In this document: one piece after another, positions 35,560 through 49,470 of the stretch
Position numbering within the stretch: position 1 is the first letter of the stretch
Layout: each line of letters begins with the position of its first letter
From: Guillardia theta CCMP2712
Taxonomy: Eukaryota > Protista > Cryptophyta
Reading direction: 5' to 3'
Length of the DNA stretch: 64,000 bases
Assembly: GCF_000315625.1 (NCBI RefSeq)
Contig: NW_005434603.1
Coordinates: 1 to 64,000 of the forward strand
Notes under the pieces: generated by a model
The model's input: the letters and a program-made list of their open reading frames with translations, nothing else
Databases searched by the model: none
Told to the model about the DNA's origin: nothing
Position numbers and translations under genes: made by a program

Positions 35560-38500
35560 ATGGTGGCCAAGAGGCGCAAGAAGAGGACGGTGGCACGGGA
35601 GCTCTACATCCACATAGTGTCGGCTCGTTACCTGCCAGCAATGGACCCCAACGGGCTGTGCGACTGCTTCTGCAGGATCAAGCTGAATGACGCACTGCTG
35701 GGAAAGACGAAGACGATCTACAGGAACAGGTTCCCTCGATGGGATGCCAAGTTCGGTCCTTTCAGGCTCGAAAGCCCATTCCAGACAATCGTCGTGGAGC
35801 TAGAGGACGAAGACATCAGCAGGAACGACCTCATCGGATATGCTTCAGTAGATGTAGCAGACGTGGCTTTAGCTAAGGGCAGGAGGGTAAGGAGGTGGTT
35901 TGGCGTGCGAAGGATTGAAGCAGAGTACAAGCCGTGGGAGAGGAGGGCCAATTCCGAGGACGAGTGGATCAGAGAAAACGATGGCGAGTTCGCAGTGTCG
36001 AAGGAGAACAACGTGTCGGAGGTGCTGCTGGAAGTGAGCTACAGGGGCGACTACTACAACGAGATCCAAGATCTGCTGAAGCGCTTGTTCGAGGGGGCCC
36101 GGCCTCCTCCTCCTTCTGCCGATGAGATGTTCCGCAAACTCATGGAGGAGGCAAATGCGCATGAGGACGGGGAGGCGGTGGAGGTGCTAGAAGCGAAAGA
36201 TCAGGCCCTGATCCGGACAATGAAAAAGGCGCAGCAGGGGACTCTGCGACCTCAGAGTAGCGAAAGGTTGCTTCATACGCCCTTCTCCGCCCCCGGAGGG
36301 TGGTCGAGGCCAGTTGGTACCCTGGACTATCACGGCGAGAGAACGAGGCCGAGCACAACAGCAGCGGCTCAGACGCTGCTCAACGAGGAGAGGTCGCCTC
36401 GTGCTCTTGCTGTGAAGCTTTTCTTGCCGGGAGATGGCGAGCAGGGCGTGAGGAGAGACGCGTTTGCCCGCAGGTCCGCTCAGAGGGGGAGAAACACAGA
36501 GCAGGCAGCGAGATCTCCGACCTCCGTCTCCTCTCCCCGACGATACTCTGACATCCGGGAGGCGTCAGTCAGTCCGTTCTCTCGGGCCCTGCACTCGCCG
36601 CTGCATCAGGCCACGCCGCTGCTACGGAGCCGGGCACTTCATCCAGTGCAAGACACAATCAAGCACTGCTACGCTGAGGTTGAGAGTGGGTCTGTGCAGG
36701 TGAGATGGGAGGTGAAGACATTCGGGGTGGGAGGGGCCAAGATGAGTGTGAAGAGAATGGGATGGAGGATGGAGGATGGAGGATGGAGGATGGAGGATGG
36801 AAGAGAGAAGGAGGATGAAGAGAAGGCGCTAGTGGTCATTCATGACATGAGATGAAAGGCTTTCGGCAATCATGAGACCCTCCAAGAGATGCAATCTGCT
36901 ACCGTCAACTCTCTCAAACAGTGAGCACCCTTGGCTTCTTGATCTTCTTCGATCCTTCTCCCGTTTCCCTCTGAATTACTGACGTTCCCCAGGTTCAGGC
37001 CCCTGTTCTTGAGCAGAATCCAAGCAGTTCCTCCTCCTCCTGGTGTTCGATCGGTGAGTAATAGGAGCATCAGTAGGGTACGAGTGAGTGCGAGGGGCTA
37101 GGAGCAAGCAGGCGTAAGGGCAAGAGTAAGCGCATTAGGCCCGGGAGGACTGGAGCAAGAGCAAGAGCAGGGGTCTGGAGAATGGTCTGATACCAGACCG
37201 ATATCGTTGGCTTGATGTTTGCATGACTGACAGGCAAGGCTTGTCGAGGGCAGTGGAAGACATGGAGTGGAGAACGTTGAGTCATACATCTCCATGTTGA
37301 TCAGGATCGCATCGGTATGGTTTCTTACATAGGGCTGCTCTCCTCCTCCTCCTCCCCCTTCACTTCCTCGTGCTCTGCTTCCTTGCCCTTGACGTATCCT
37401 CTTCTTCCTCCTCTTCTCCCTCCTCTCCCGCTCCTTTCTTCTCGTTTCATCTCAGTTGCTAGCTCTCGTTCTCGTTCTCGTTCTCGTTCTCGTTCTCGTT
37501 CTCGTTCTCGTTCTCGTTCTCGTTCTCGTTCTCGTTCTCGTTCTAGAGAACGCTCTTGTTTGATGAGGCGGCAGGTCGAGGCCAACGAGGGGAAGGTACC
37601 TCAGTGCAAGAAGAGTGTCTTTCGTGCTGTAGAGACTTGCGAGCGATTGGTCGGAGCTCAGAGTCAGGTGGGCGGGAACACAGGAGGGAGGGCGATGACG
37701 TCATTCGGCGCAGTTCATGCTCAACACCTTGTGGAGGTGCGTGCAGCTGCTGATGAAGATCGAGCTATTGGACGATGCAGGTAGTCACAGTGATGCTATG
37801 TTGTTTTCTGGACTTCTTGCTGTGACTATCTTGCATTATCCTTCTGCCTCATGTAGTTGTCGAGCTACCCGTCCAGACGTTGATCGTATCCTTGTATCCA
37901 TCTACTTGTCTTTTTCGCTTCTCGTGTACTGCTGTCATGCCTGCTACTGCTTCTGTCTTGTTGCTCTACCTGCTCGCTGCGATGCTACACACCAGTTGAT
38001 TCATGAACTCGTCACAGAGGAATACTTGATGCGAATGCTCGAGATCCTACAGGAAAAGAAGAGGAGCCAGGAGCTCGCCGAAAACCTTCACCTCCCTTCT
38101 CCACTCCGACGGACCGGGCAGCCAGCGCAGCAAGATTCCAACGAGGAGCAGGTAAGGACAACTCAGCAGTTTTCTATTGTTTTCCTCCTACCTTCCATCA
38201 GACGCTCCCCCCGATCCTCTTGCTCTCTCTCTCTTGTCCTCCTCCTCCTTCTCGCACTCCCTCGCACGTTCGACTCCCCTGGCTGCATGTTGTTCCTGCC
38301 CCCTCTTGCCTTCTTACCCTTACCTCCCTTCTCCTGCCTTCTTGCGCTGAGTCTCTGACCTCGACTCCCGGCAGATCTCCGTGGTCACCAGGCAGCTGAA
38401 CGACCTCAATCGCTTGAAGAAGAAGAGCAGCAAGAAACCAGGTCGCCTCCTCCTTCCTTCCCGTCACTGCTGACGTGTCAAGGGCAGAGCCGGTGAAAGC

Positions 38501-38950
38501 AAGCTCAGCAAAGTCGAGCTCGAAGCAAGATGCAAGGCTCAAGGCAACGCCCTGTCCTTGACTCCTCTTGGGCTGACATCTGGTCTCAGCTCGACGTCTC
38601 CTCGCTGCCTTCAGAGAAGTTTGCAAGAGCGATTCAATCGGTAAGGAGTGGAGGAGGGCAAGAGGGAGAACAAAGCAAAGAGGAGGGCAAGAGGAGGAGC
38701 TTTGATCTTTCTCTGCTTCCTTAGATCGCTTGCTGTTTTTCTCTTGCCCTTGCATGCCTCTTCTCCTTCTCCTTCTCCTCCTTCCCGTTGGACTGCTTAC
38801 CACCTGCTCCCCCCCCCCCCCGCCTTGACCTCACTCTCGCTCTCTCTAGGCTCGGTCGGTGAGGATGGAAGAAGAGCGGAATCACGCGTTCCTGCACGAG
38901 GATGCTTGGAAGCGGCGAGGTACGCTGACGAGATGATCAAACACGTGTAG
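35560..38950 (+). CDS. C2-domain protein
   Basis: LYIHIVSARYLPAMDPNGLCDCFCRIKL...KTKTIYRNRFPRWD...VELEDEDISRNDLIG is a C2 domain with Ca-binding-type Asp residues. Downstream exons are uncertain. Confidence 0.8.
37465..37543 (+). repeat. (TCGTTC)n intronic microsatellite
   Basis: Direct hexamer run. Confidence 0.9.
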
Positions 38951-39134
38951 TAAGACGAGACTACGAGTGAGAACGGTCTCTTGTCAAGACAAGCTTAGAG
39001 TTGTAAAGATAACATCGGAAGCGAGCTCGCCCTTGTTCTGCAGCTCGGAGGAGTTTCCCCTCCTCATCTCAATGGCATACATGCGTCTCATGGACATAAA
39101 TGTAAACACAAATCATGACCCGTCTCCCCGCCTC

Positions 39135-40735
39135 TCAGAGCTTATCGAAGTTCTTGACCTGCCCGCACTCCTTGCACTTCATCTTCCACGTCCTTGCGCC
39201 CTCGTCCCACCACTCCTCCCCCCACCTGCAGCCCCTCAGCCCCTCCTCGCACACAACATCCTCTCCTTCCACCCGTGTACATGCCGCGCTTGCCCGACGC
39301 TCTTCCGCTGGATCTTTGCTCCTGTTTGCAACCATCACAACCCCTCCTCATCCCCCTCCTCTCTCCTTCCCCCTCAACTCCCCCCTCTTCCCTCCTCCTC
39401 CTCCTCCTCGTCCTCCCCTCTTCCTTCTCTTTCCCCGTCTCTTCCTCTCTTACCCGCAACTCCATATAGTCCAGCAGTACCATCGTCGGTCATGACGGCC
39501 TCGGGGTTGCGCTCCCTCGCTTCCTTCTGCCCACCCCTCAAACCCCTTCCATCCCCGACCCCTCAATCTTCACCTTCCTCAGCACAGACTCCGTTGCCTT
39601 CGTCTTCCTCTTCCTCTCGTACTGCGCGTTCTTCCTCCTCCGGCTCTCCTCCTGCGCCGCGATGCACAACGAAGTCAGCTGCGCTCTCCCGCTCCAAACA
39701 TCCTCCTCCTTACCAGCAGCCCTTCCTCTCCTCCGAACCGAGCGTACGACACGTCCCTGAGCTGTGCTCGCAGATACAGCTTCATGTCGTTCCAGCCCTC
39801 CTTTCCTGCTCCATCCTATTAGCCCTCCGTCCCCTCGGCTTCTCCGCAGCAACGCACTCGGGTTCTTTCGTGTGATGTACCCCAGGCGTGCAAAGTCCGC
39901 ATCCTGCAGCAGGTACTCCTCTTTCGCCGCCGTCTTGGTGATCAGCCTGCCTGGAGCTCAGCAGGGGCAGAGCAGCTGGACCTTTGCTGAACGCACTTAT
40001 ACGCCTCGTCCGACGCGATGCACGCCCTGCAGACGGAGATGCCGAATGCGTCCTTGAACCTGAAGACTCTGGGTGAGGGGAGGGGATCCTCTACCACTCC
40101 CTCCTCTCACTGCAAGTTCGTCGAGCTGTCTCCACACTCCAAGCATGTCAGCGGATGACTCGTCGCTCCTGCACGACCTGTCTTCCACAGCTCTCACCAC
40201 AGGGGGAGGGAGACTGAGGTCAGAAGAGGGGTCGGGGGAGGTGAACCTGAGAAGGGACCTGTGCGGCTCCTCCGCTCTTCCTCCGCTATGAATCCTCTAG
40301 CTGACACTACTCGATACTCAGGGCAAGCTGACGATGGGGGCTCGATGACAACAGGGGAGCATCTGCCGTGGTCCATGTCGCCGCTACCTCGCGTGCTCTG
40401 CAGGACGATGAGCATCCACGGCTCACAGAGCCAAGGGAGCGCACCTGGACTGCATCCTCCTCTTCCGGGAGGAAGCCTCCTCCATGATCTTCATCCTCAA
40501 CCCCGTCTGCCGTTCCACCTCCCCCTCCATCGGGCGGCGCCGAGGGCTCGACAAGAAATCCCGCCTCCTCCAGTTTACCGTGGGGAGCGATGGCTGCTCC
40601 TATGGCATAGAGCGCCTCCTCTTGCTCCGCCAGGGTCCCTTCGCTGAAGGCTGTCTGCTCCTCCCTCCTCTTCGCCTCCGCCTCCTCCCGCATCTCCTCC
40701 TCCTCCTCCGCGTCCGGTGTTGGAGGGCAGGACAT
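39135..40735 (-). CDS. XPA: DNA repair protein XPA/Rad14
   Basis: Spliced reading CLECG...FKDAFGISVCRAC...LITKTAAKEEYLLQDADFARLGYITRKNP...WNDMKLYLRAQL...RFGGEEGL, with C-terminal MKCKECGQVKNFDKL*. Confidence 0.9.
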
Positions 40736-41258
40736 AGCCCATGGGCTGATCGGACAGGGTATCGAACTTTCTTTTTAAAAAGTTAATAAAGCAATCACGA
40801 GCTCACCTCAGGTTTCATAATAGTTAATTTTGAATGAAATCAAAGACAGTCCGAAACGATCTAGGTAAAATTAGAAACAAACCAAGATCTGGGGCGGGTT
40901 GGGTTGTGACATAACAGAGAAGGTTGAACGAATTCTGTCCTGGATACGACAAAACTGGAGGAGAGAGGGGAGGAGAGGAGAGGGGAGGGGAGGGGAGCTG
41001 AGAGGAGGGGAGGGGAGGGATGGGGAGGAGAAGAGAGGGGAGGAGAAGAGAGGGGAGGGGAGGGGAGGGGAGGGGAGGAGAGGGGAGGGGAGGTGAGGTG
41101 AGAGGAGAGGAGGGGAGGGATGGGGAGGGGAGGGGAGTCGAGGGAGGGGAGGGGATGGGTGAGGTGTATAGCAAGCAAAGGAGGGAGGGATTCACAGCAT
41201 CCGTCATTTCGAGCACACAGGACTTTGATCTTACAGCAGATCCTGGAGCTGTGCGTTG

Positions 41259-44200
41259 ATGCCATATGACCGATGGGAGGTAGGCGCTGGGTTTTCTTGG
41301 AGAAGGATGGCTGATTATGATGCAGTCGGAGGTACCATTAGCGACACCGGAGCAGAGCACCGATGTCGGCCCGAGGGAGGAGGTGGAGAAGATGAAGCAG
41401 CTGAAGCTGGATCACGGTGAGGACACGAGCGCCTCTGCCTGCAGCTCTGCGGTGCTGTCACTCATGAAGCTGAAACCTTGCCTCAAGACACCATCAAGAC
41501 ATCGGATGGCAGGAGCCTTGAGGGTAACGATCCTGATCTCCTGCTGACTTGTCTGATGTGGACATGTTGATACTAGGCGATGTGCTGCAATATCTCATTG
41601 ACCCTCTCCCCGTCGATGAGTTCCTTCATGTGAGAGACCTTGCGCTGTCTTGGGCTCGTGGCTGCTGACTGCCGTTAGGAAATTTGGGAGGAGCGTGCGT
41701 ACGTTGTGAACAGAGACGACTCAAGCTACTTCGAGGACATCATGACGTTTGAAGACTTGGAGGTTGTGATGATGATGATGACGACGACGATGCTGACGTT
41801 GACGATGACGATGATAGTTTTTTGTTATGGTGGAGACGGTGTTATGGAGAACAAGATGGTGCCAATCGTGACGACATGAAATGAGACAATGTTTGTGATA
41901 CGATAACGTAGTTGTGTGTGCAATGGCAAAGACTGAGACGTGAGATGGAGAAAGAGAGAATAAGGGGTGAAGGAGGTTAGAGAAGTAACGGAAAAGGAAG
42001 ATAAAAAGATGGAATGCTTGAAATGGAACGAGCATTCATACATGTCGTGCAGGATGTATTGTGTAATGCGATGGGCGATGAAGAATTCGGGGAGATTTTG
42101 TTCTTCAAGAACCAGCTACAGACCCACTACGAAAAGTAAGAGAGGACGCTTCAGATCTTTTTCCTCCTCCTTTTCCTCCTCCTCCTTTCTCCCCTCCTCC
42201 CTCCCTCTTTCCTTTCCTTCCCTTTCTTTTTCGCTCGCTTCCTCCCTCCAAAATTCCAATCAGCGTGAAATCCTATCAGCGCATTCCGGGCGTTTCTGGA
42301 CGACGCCTCAGTGGTCTTGAATCACGTCGACAAGCAGGTGCCTGCCTACATGACTTGTTCTGTTGTTGAGCTCAACTTCTTGTGGCAGTGGCCGGCGATC
42401 AACATCATGTGCCAGAAGCTTCAAAGTCGCTTCCCTCACACGTTCTGCAACATGTACCTTACTCCTGCTGGCAGCCAGGTTGTGCGCGCAGGAGGAGCAG
42501 GAGAAGGAGATAGGTTACGGTTTGAGCAGGGGCAGGGGCAGGGGCAGGGGCAGGGTCAGGGTCAAGGGGCAGGGGCAGGGGCAGGGGCAGGGGCAGAAGG
42601 AGGATGAGCAGAGACAGCGGGGCTGCTACTGACTTGACGCGCAGGCTGTACATCCCCACAGTGACGACCGGGACGTGCTCCTGATTCAGATCTGGGGAAC
42701 AAAGTGAGAGGAATGAGAGGGGGATAGAGGAGACCGGTGACAGGTTAACACAGAGAATGGCTGGTGTATGGGTCTCCTCAGACCCTCCCGTTCTCGGACG
42801 AGCAGGTGGTGGGAGAATGGACTTCCGCTAGCACCTGACTGCTGGGGTTGTGCAAGGTTGGAAAGTCGGGGCAGAGGCTTGCGGAGGGGACGATCGGGCC
42901 TGTCTCATTGTCTGCGGTCGGTGTTGTTCCTCTTGGGCTGAACTCTTCCTGTTCTGTTCCATTCGCCTTCCTGCTGGCCTGGTTTTCTTTTCTTGTTTCT
43001 TTGCTCTGCTTCTAGGACCTCTCTGTTCTTCCATTGTTCGTTTCTTTCTCTATTTTTCCTCTGTTTCTTTCTTTCCCCCTAGATCTCTTCCTCATCTCAT
43101 TTCTATCGTCCCATCTATCGTTTCTCTTTCCTTCCCAGCCCCCCCCCCCCCCTTCCCGTTTCCCTTTCGGTTTTTCCCTCCCTCTCCCTCTCCCTCTCCT
43201 TCTCCCTGTATCCATCTGTTTCTTACTCTCTTCTCCATTTTCTCTGTGTCTTCTTCCATCTATTTCCTTTGTTTTCTTGTTTGCTCCCCCTCAAGGTTTT
43301 GACTCAGACGCTCAAGACTGGGGACACGCTCTACATCCCCCGAGGATTTGTACATGAGGCGAAAGCACAAGTGAGCTGTTCTTGTTGTTGGCAATGTTTG
43401 TATTGATCACAAAGATGCTAATGGACATGGTCCAACTGTTTGACTGTGGTTGTTATGAAGAAGCTGTTGTTGGCAAGCAGCTGTATTTCGTGTCTGTATT
43501 GTTCTTCAATCTTGAGCCTGTTCATGTTTTACTGTTGACTTGATTCACAATTTCATCCACGCTGACCGCATCTGAGTGTTTTGATTTCGCAGGAGCATGG
43601 TTCATTGCACATCACCATTGCAATCCCAACACAAGACTTCACGTGGTCAGGTAGGACTGAAACAGTGAGGAGAGGAAGGAGGAGGCGACATGATGCAGAA
43701 AGGAAGAAAGAATTTTGAACAGTGGAGCAGGAGGATTGAGAAATTTGAGATCGACAGCTCCTCCTCTTCTGCTTCTCCTGTGCTTCACTTCGTGCTGCTG
43801 CTGCTGCTCTTCCTCTTCCTCTTCCTCCTCCTCCTCCTCCTCCTCCTCCTCCTCCTCCTGACAGATGATGGACAAGGTGTCATGATGGATGCGATGCGAC
43901 AGAAGCTGAGGGAGGAGAAGTATAACAAGTGGAGGAGGTGCGTGCCTTTGACTCTCCTGCCCAACGGAAACAACGACAAGGTAAGAGCAAGAAGGGGAAG
44001 ATGGATGAGGAGGAGGAGGAGGAGGAGGAGGAGGAGGAGGAGGAGGATGAGGAGGAGGAGGAGGAGGAGGAGGAGGAGGAGTAGGAGCAGTAGTAGGAGG
44101 AGAGGTGTAACGCTATGAGTAGTGGTAATGTTGATTGATNNNNNNNNNNNNNNNNNNNNNNNNNNNNNNNNNNNNNNNNNNNNNNNNNNNNNNNNNNNNN

Positions 44201-46067
44201 NNNNNNNNNNNNNNNNNNNNNNNNNNNNNNNNNNNNNNNGGAGTACTGATTTCTTCAGCATCAGAGTTTTTGTTTTTTATTTCCCCCCCCAGGACATTTC
44301 ACCGAGGATGTTCTAAAAGTTTTCAAGAACGTAAAGACTACCGTTCCCCCCGTTCAATGATCTTCCCCCCCCCTACCCCCCCCTCCTCCTCCTCCTCCTC
44401 CTCCTCCTCCTTCTCTTCCTCCTCCTTCTCTTCCTCCTCCTTCTCTTCCTCCTCCTCCTCCTTTGCTTGTCACTCTTTCCATACCTCTCGCTCATCCCTC
44501 GTCTTCCTTTGCATTTTTCGCTTATCTGCCCTGACATTTTTGTCTGAAGAAGATAGAAAAACACAACATGCGTCAGCGAGCTGCGATAACTCCAGCTGGA
44601 AGGTAGACCGACTCTGCTTCTCCCGCTATTGCAGACCTCCCCCTCTATTTCCGCTGCCACTTCTTTCTTTCCTTTACTCCTTCTCCGACCTCTCGCTCTT
44701 TTGTTGTTGTTTCCTCACTTCATGTTTCTATCTTTGTTCTTCCTTTTTCATTTCGTTTGTGTTTGTGTTTGTCTTCTCCCCTTTCCTCGTCTTCCCATCC
44801 TCTTGTTCCTCTTTGACTACTCCACGCAGAATCGGCACTCCCCTCCGTTGCCATCAAGGGCTCAAACTCTCTTCCAAGATATATTTCATCCAAGGTCGCT
44901 CAGAACTCCCTGTCCCTGTCCCTGTCCCTGTCCATGTCGCTGTCTCTGTCCCTGTCCCTTCCTCTTCGGGTCTCCACACCTTTTTTCTCTTCCTCAGACC
45001 TCATTCCTGCAGGCATCAAGTATTGCATCCTCTCCCCTGACGGCGCTGGAGCCGAGGAGGAAGGAGGAAGAGAGTCAACGAGCACGGACAGCCGGCAGTC
45101 GAACCCCTGGGTCACTGTACTCTTTGAGGACAGCCAGGTACGTTATCACTTTCTCTCCTCCTCTCTGCAGCCCTCCCTCCTCCGGTTTCCCTTCCCCTCT
45201 TTCGTTTTCTTCCTTTCTCTCGGACGCTCCTACACTCTTTCCGCGCTCTTTCGTTCTTGGTTTTTCTCTTGTTGCCTCCCTCCGCTCTTTCCTTCATCCG
45301 TCTCTGCATTGGTTCAACCCGTGATGTATCCTCCCAAGTCTTCGATCCCTTCGTCCTGAAAATTTCTTCCTGTCTGTTCCATCTGCTCTCTGCCAGCTCT
45401 CGCTCTGCTTCTCATATCCTGTGACTTGTATCAGGGCAGGGAGATGGTATGGCGCGTCCGCCCGCACTGGCTGGACTCGCTCTCGAGCTGCTTCAGGAGC
45501 GGGTGAGTGGCGAGGAGCGATGGAGAGGATGGGGAGGAGGACAGAATGAGGATCAGGAGGAGGAGGGGGAGGGGGTGGGAGAGAGCAAGGAGTAGGAGGA
45601 GGGAGGGGGAGGGGGAGTAGAGGTAGTTTCAAGGAGGAGGACGAAGGAACAATGGGGGCTCGAGTCGGAAAGTGGCAGGAGGGTGTGCAGGGGGTTGAGG
45701 TTGGATGATCAAGAGCTGGGAAGAGCCGACGTGAGGGGTTCTGACTGGAGTGGAGCAGGACTATGGAAGTGAACCAACTTCAGTTCAACAACGATGTGTC
45801 AAAGTGATGGGAGGGGAGGAAACGATGGGAGGGAGGAGGAAGAGGCGGGACAGAGGGAAAGGGGGAACAGGGGAAAGGGGAAGAGGAGAAGAGGGGGTGA
45901 AGGGAGAAGTGAGATTGTGAAGAACCAGGGAGGAAGAGGAATAGGGAGGGGGAGGAAGAGAGAGAGGAGGTGGAAAGGATGGATGCTTACTCTGATGCAG
46001 ATGTTTCTTCGCCGTGCTCCTCCTTCACCTTGGAGTTGTGAGACGAATGGAGGAGAGGAGAGCGTGA
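41259..46067 (+). CDS. JmjC/cupin 2OG oxygenase, RIOX1(NO66)/RIOX2-like
   Basis: Exons LIDPLPVDEF, EIWEERAYVVNRDDSSYF, CNMYLTPAGSQ|AVHPHSDDRDVLLIQIWGTK, TLKTGDTLYIPRGFVHEAKAQ|EHGSLHITI. The gene spans an assembly gap and its ends are approximate. Confidence 0.85.
44140..44239. other. Assembly gap (100 N)
   Basis: Run of N between GGA/TCC low-complexity tracts. Confidence 0.99.
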
Positions 46068-46369
46068 AAGGGAAGGAGAAGCTGGTGGTAGAAACAAGCC
46101 ATCGGCTTGGAACGGACGATGCTGATAGAAACTATGGTGTAGATAAGCCGTACACACGAGTTGAGTGGACAAGAGTTGTGGTTGAAATGTTGATGCCCGG
46201 CATGTACTTTGATGAAAACAACAGCAGGACAGATGTTGATGAGAACTTGACGTGTGGAATGATGGAGAGTGGAGGATGAAGAGCAAGGAAGTTTACAGTG
46301 ACGACCATACAAGATCGATGGAAGGTAGCGGGGGGGGGGGGGGGAGGGGGTAAGACTTGAAGAGATCAT

Positions 46370-49300
46370 TCATTTCAAGCTTGCTGGTATTAATCTTTCA
46401 AGGTCCCCGACGAGAAGGGTCAGAGATGCCCCTGTAGCAAGCGCTTGTCAAACGAGACGCCACATTCCCTTCCACCTCCTCTCGCATGCTTCGGAATGAC
46501 GCGTCCTCCATCTCCTCCTCCTCCTCCTCCTCCTCCTCCTCCCTTCCCCTCCACCCCCCCTTTCTCCACCCCTTCCCCTCCTCTCACTCTTCCTCGTCCT
46601 GTTCTTGATCCTCCTGCTCTCACCGAGAAGAATCGCCAGGAAAGCGCCGTTCACTGTCCGCGTCACTTCCGAGTTGAGGGGGCGACGACGAATGGCCTCC
46701 ACCAGAACCTGAGGAGGAGAAGATCAGACTGCGAGCAGCAGATCGCACAGAGACAACCAGGAAACAAGATGGAGGAGGAGGAGGAGAAGAAAGGAGAAGG
46801 AAGAGCAGGAGGCAGAGGCGGAAGAGAAACGATAGGAGTGTTGGGAGGGGAAGGGGCAGAGGAAGGGAAAGGGGCAAGGGAGCGTGTTGGCACATTGAGC
46901 TTGACATATCTAATCTCTCACCATCACCAGTTGCCCTCCGTCCAGCGCAGGGATGGGAAGGGCGTTCATGATGCCCAAGTTGATGGAGATGAGGGCGATG
47001 AAGGCAAGGATGGTTCCCTGCCCTTTGTCTCAGCCCTCGACCGGCAGTTGATCGACTCCTTACTGCTCCTGCCCCTGCCCCTCTCCTGCTCCTGCTCCTG
47101 CTCCCAACTCTGTTCCTGTTCCTGCTCCTGCTCCTAACTCTGTTCCTGTTCCTGCTCCTGCTCCTCTTTCAATCGTCAACCCTTCTACTTCTCTAGTGGC
47201 AATTTCCGTTTCTTTACCATGGCCGTTGCCCTAGTTCATTGGTTTTCTTCCCATCTTGCCACGAAGTGCCTCCCTCCTCTCATCGTCTCGTACCGTGACT
47301 CTCTCCACCCCCTTCTCCCCTACCCTCTCCTCCCTTCTCGAGCTCTCAATTTCAGGTTGCCCTTCTCACCTGTTTGCCTGCTTCCGCTCCCATCTGCATC
47401 ACGCCAACTGGACCTGCCAGATTGCCTGGAGTGGAAGGTGAACAACAACAGACAGAAGGAGGGGACGAGGGGAAAAGGCTACATTCAACAACAAAGAACA
47501 ATCATGATATGACAGGACGGACAGAAAGAGCGACTGAGGATGAAAGGCAGAAAGAAAAGCAGGAAGTGGGGCACAATGCAAGGCAGGAAGGCAGAAGGAA
47601 AGTGAGTGAGAGGGAGGGAGGGAGGGAGGAAGGAAACAGAGAAAAACGAAGATAAAGATGGAGAGCAAGATTGGTTCAACTCACCCACACTATCCTTGAA
47701 GTGCGTGAAGAGCTTTCCGAACCCAAAGAAAGTCTCCGACGTGAGGGTTACAAACTGTTGGTTCGTCATCACCACGGCCTCCGCAACACCCTTGGGCTTT
47801 GCGTTGCTGCTGACGATCACGTTGGGCCCGAGCTTGACTCCGATCACACCATCTCCGCTCCTGACCCTGTCGGGCGTGACGTCCAGTGGCACCAGCCCCT
47901 CCGCCCTCTTCACAACGAACTTCATGCTTCTGCCGCTGCTCTTCTTGACTGCCTGCACCAGCTCCGCCACGGCCTTCTCGCTCTTTCCGATGTCTTTGCC
48001 GTCAATCTCCACTATGATGTCTCCGGGTTTCATGCCGTACCTCGCTCCTGCTCCCTTCCCGTCCACCAACGACGACACCACAACCCCTCGGTCCAGCACA
48101 GGGATCGCGACTCCGTTGGACGTCACTGAGCCGAAGATCGCTCCCCATGCCAGGAGCATGTTGAACAGGACGCCGGCTGAGATCACGAACGCTCGCTGGA
48201 GGGCAGGACGATTTTGAATCAGGTCAGGGTCATCGATGTCGTACTTTACAGCTGGCCTCCCGTCCTCTTCCTCTGCCTTCTCGTCGTCTGATCGCGATCC
48301 CGGTCCCTCCATCTCGCTCGAGACGGGTTGGGCCTCGGGGAAGGAGACGTATCCTCCGAGCGGCAGGAGCCGGAGGGAGTACTCGACGCCGTCCCGGTCC
48401 TGCAAGGCACAGGCATGAGCAACACGAAGATGAGGGAGGTTAGGAGAGAGGAGGGGTGATTACAAACGAATGAGGGCAAGCGGCAAGAAAAGCAGCGGCA
48501 GCTGCAGCAGCAGGAGAAGCAAGAGCAGCAAGAAGCATGCATACCTTGAACCCAAACACCTTGGGACCAAACCCGATGCAGAAGTCATTGATCTTGATAC
48601 CCTGAACCTTAGCTGCAAGGAAGTGCCCTGCCTCATGGAAGGCAACGACACCACAGAGAACGGCTGCCCCAGACAAGCTGCCATGGCGAGTCAGCACATG
48701 CGCCTGTAGGAGGGAGCAGATGTAGGAGGGAGCAGATACCTTGAAACGCCTCCGAGGACGGCCTGAAGGGCCGGAGCGACAGCTGGCAGGAGGTCGACTT
48801 GGGACGTGAGCTGGACCGCGCATGGCCTCCTCAAGCTCGTTGCATGCTTGACACTGTGCAGGTTCCTCTCGAAAAGTGATCGAGCTGGAAGAGGGAGAGG
48901 TCTCTTTGCCGCAAGGAAGGAGCCGGTTTGAAAGGCCTCTGCGAAGTCTGCCGGATACACCAAGGCCTGTACGACTAAGACGCTGCTGACGATTGTCCGA
49001 GCACTCCTGATCATGATGTCTCCAGTTGTCTACCCTCAAGAAGAGATCTGGTCTATGCACGGTGACAATCAAATCTCATGCACCGATGGCAGACTGTTCT
49101 GGGGAAAAAGTCAGACGAACAATCATTCTTTCGGAGCGTCTCTTGACCAGCAAACAGCATAGGCAGCATCGCGATAGACAGAGTTATCGGTCAGAGCACA
49201 ATCAATCATTGGTATGCAATCAGTCAGCAGGGATGTGGACGGAAAGATCGAAAGGAACACTTGGCTGGACGGGATGGCATCGAATCATACATGTTTACGA

Positions 49301-49470
49301 GGAGGACACAAAGAAATATCCTGCTGCACACAGAACTTTTATCGTGCTCACAACAAAACATCATGAAATGTGTCTTGTATTGAAAATCATCGTATGATCA
49401 GCCCAATCCAATCATTCGCAGGCGGTTCATGGCCCGCAACCATCTCGAACAAGTTGTGTTCGCCATGGCC
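46370..49470 (-). CDS. rseP: Site-2 (M50) membrane metalloprotease RseP/ARASP-like with PDZ domain
   Basis: [13 protein letters not shown]...[30 protein letters not shown], a PDZ ([13 protein letters not shown]), and [19 protein letters not shown]. The 5' end is uncertain (49070-49470). Confidence 0.93.
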
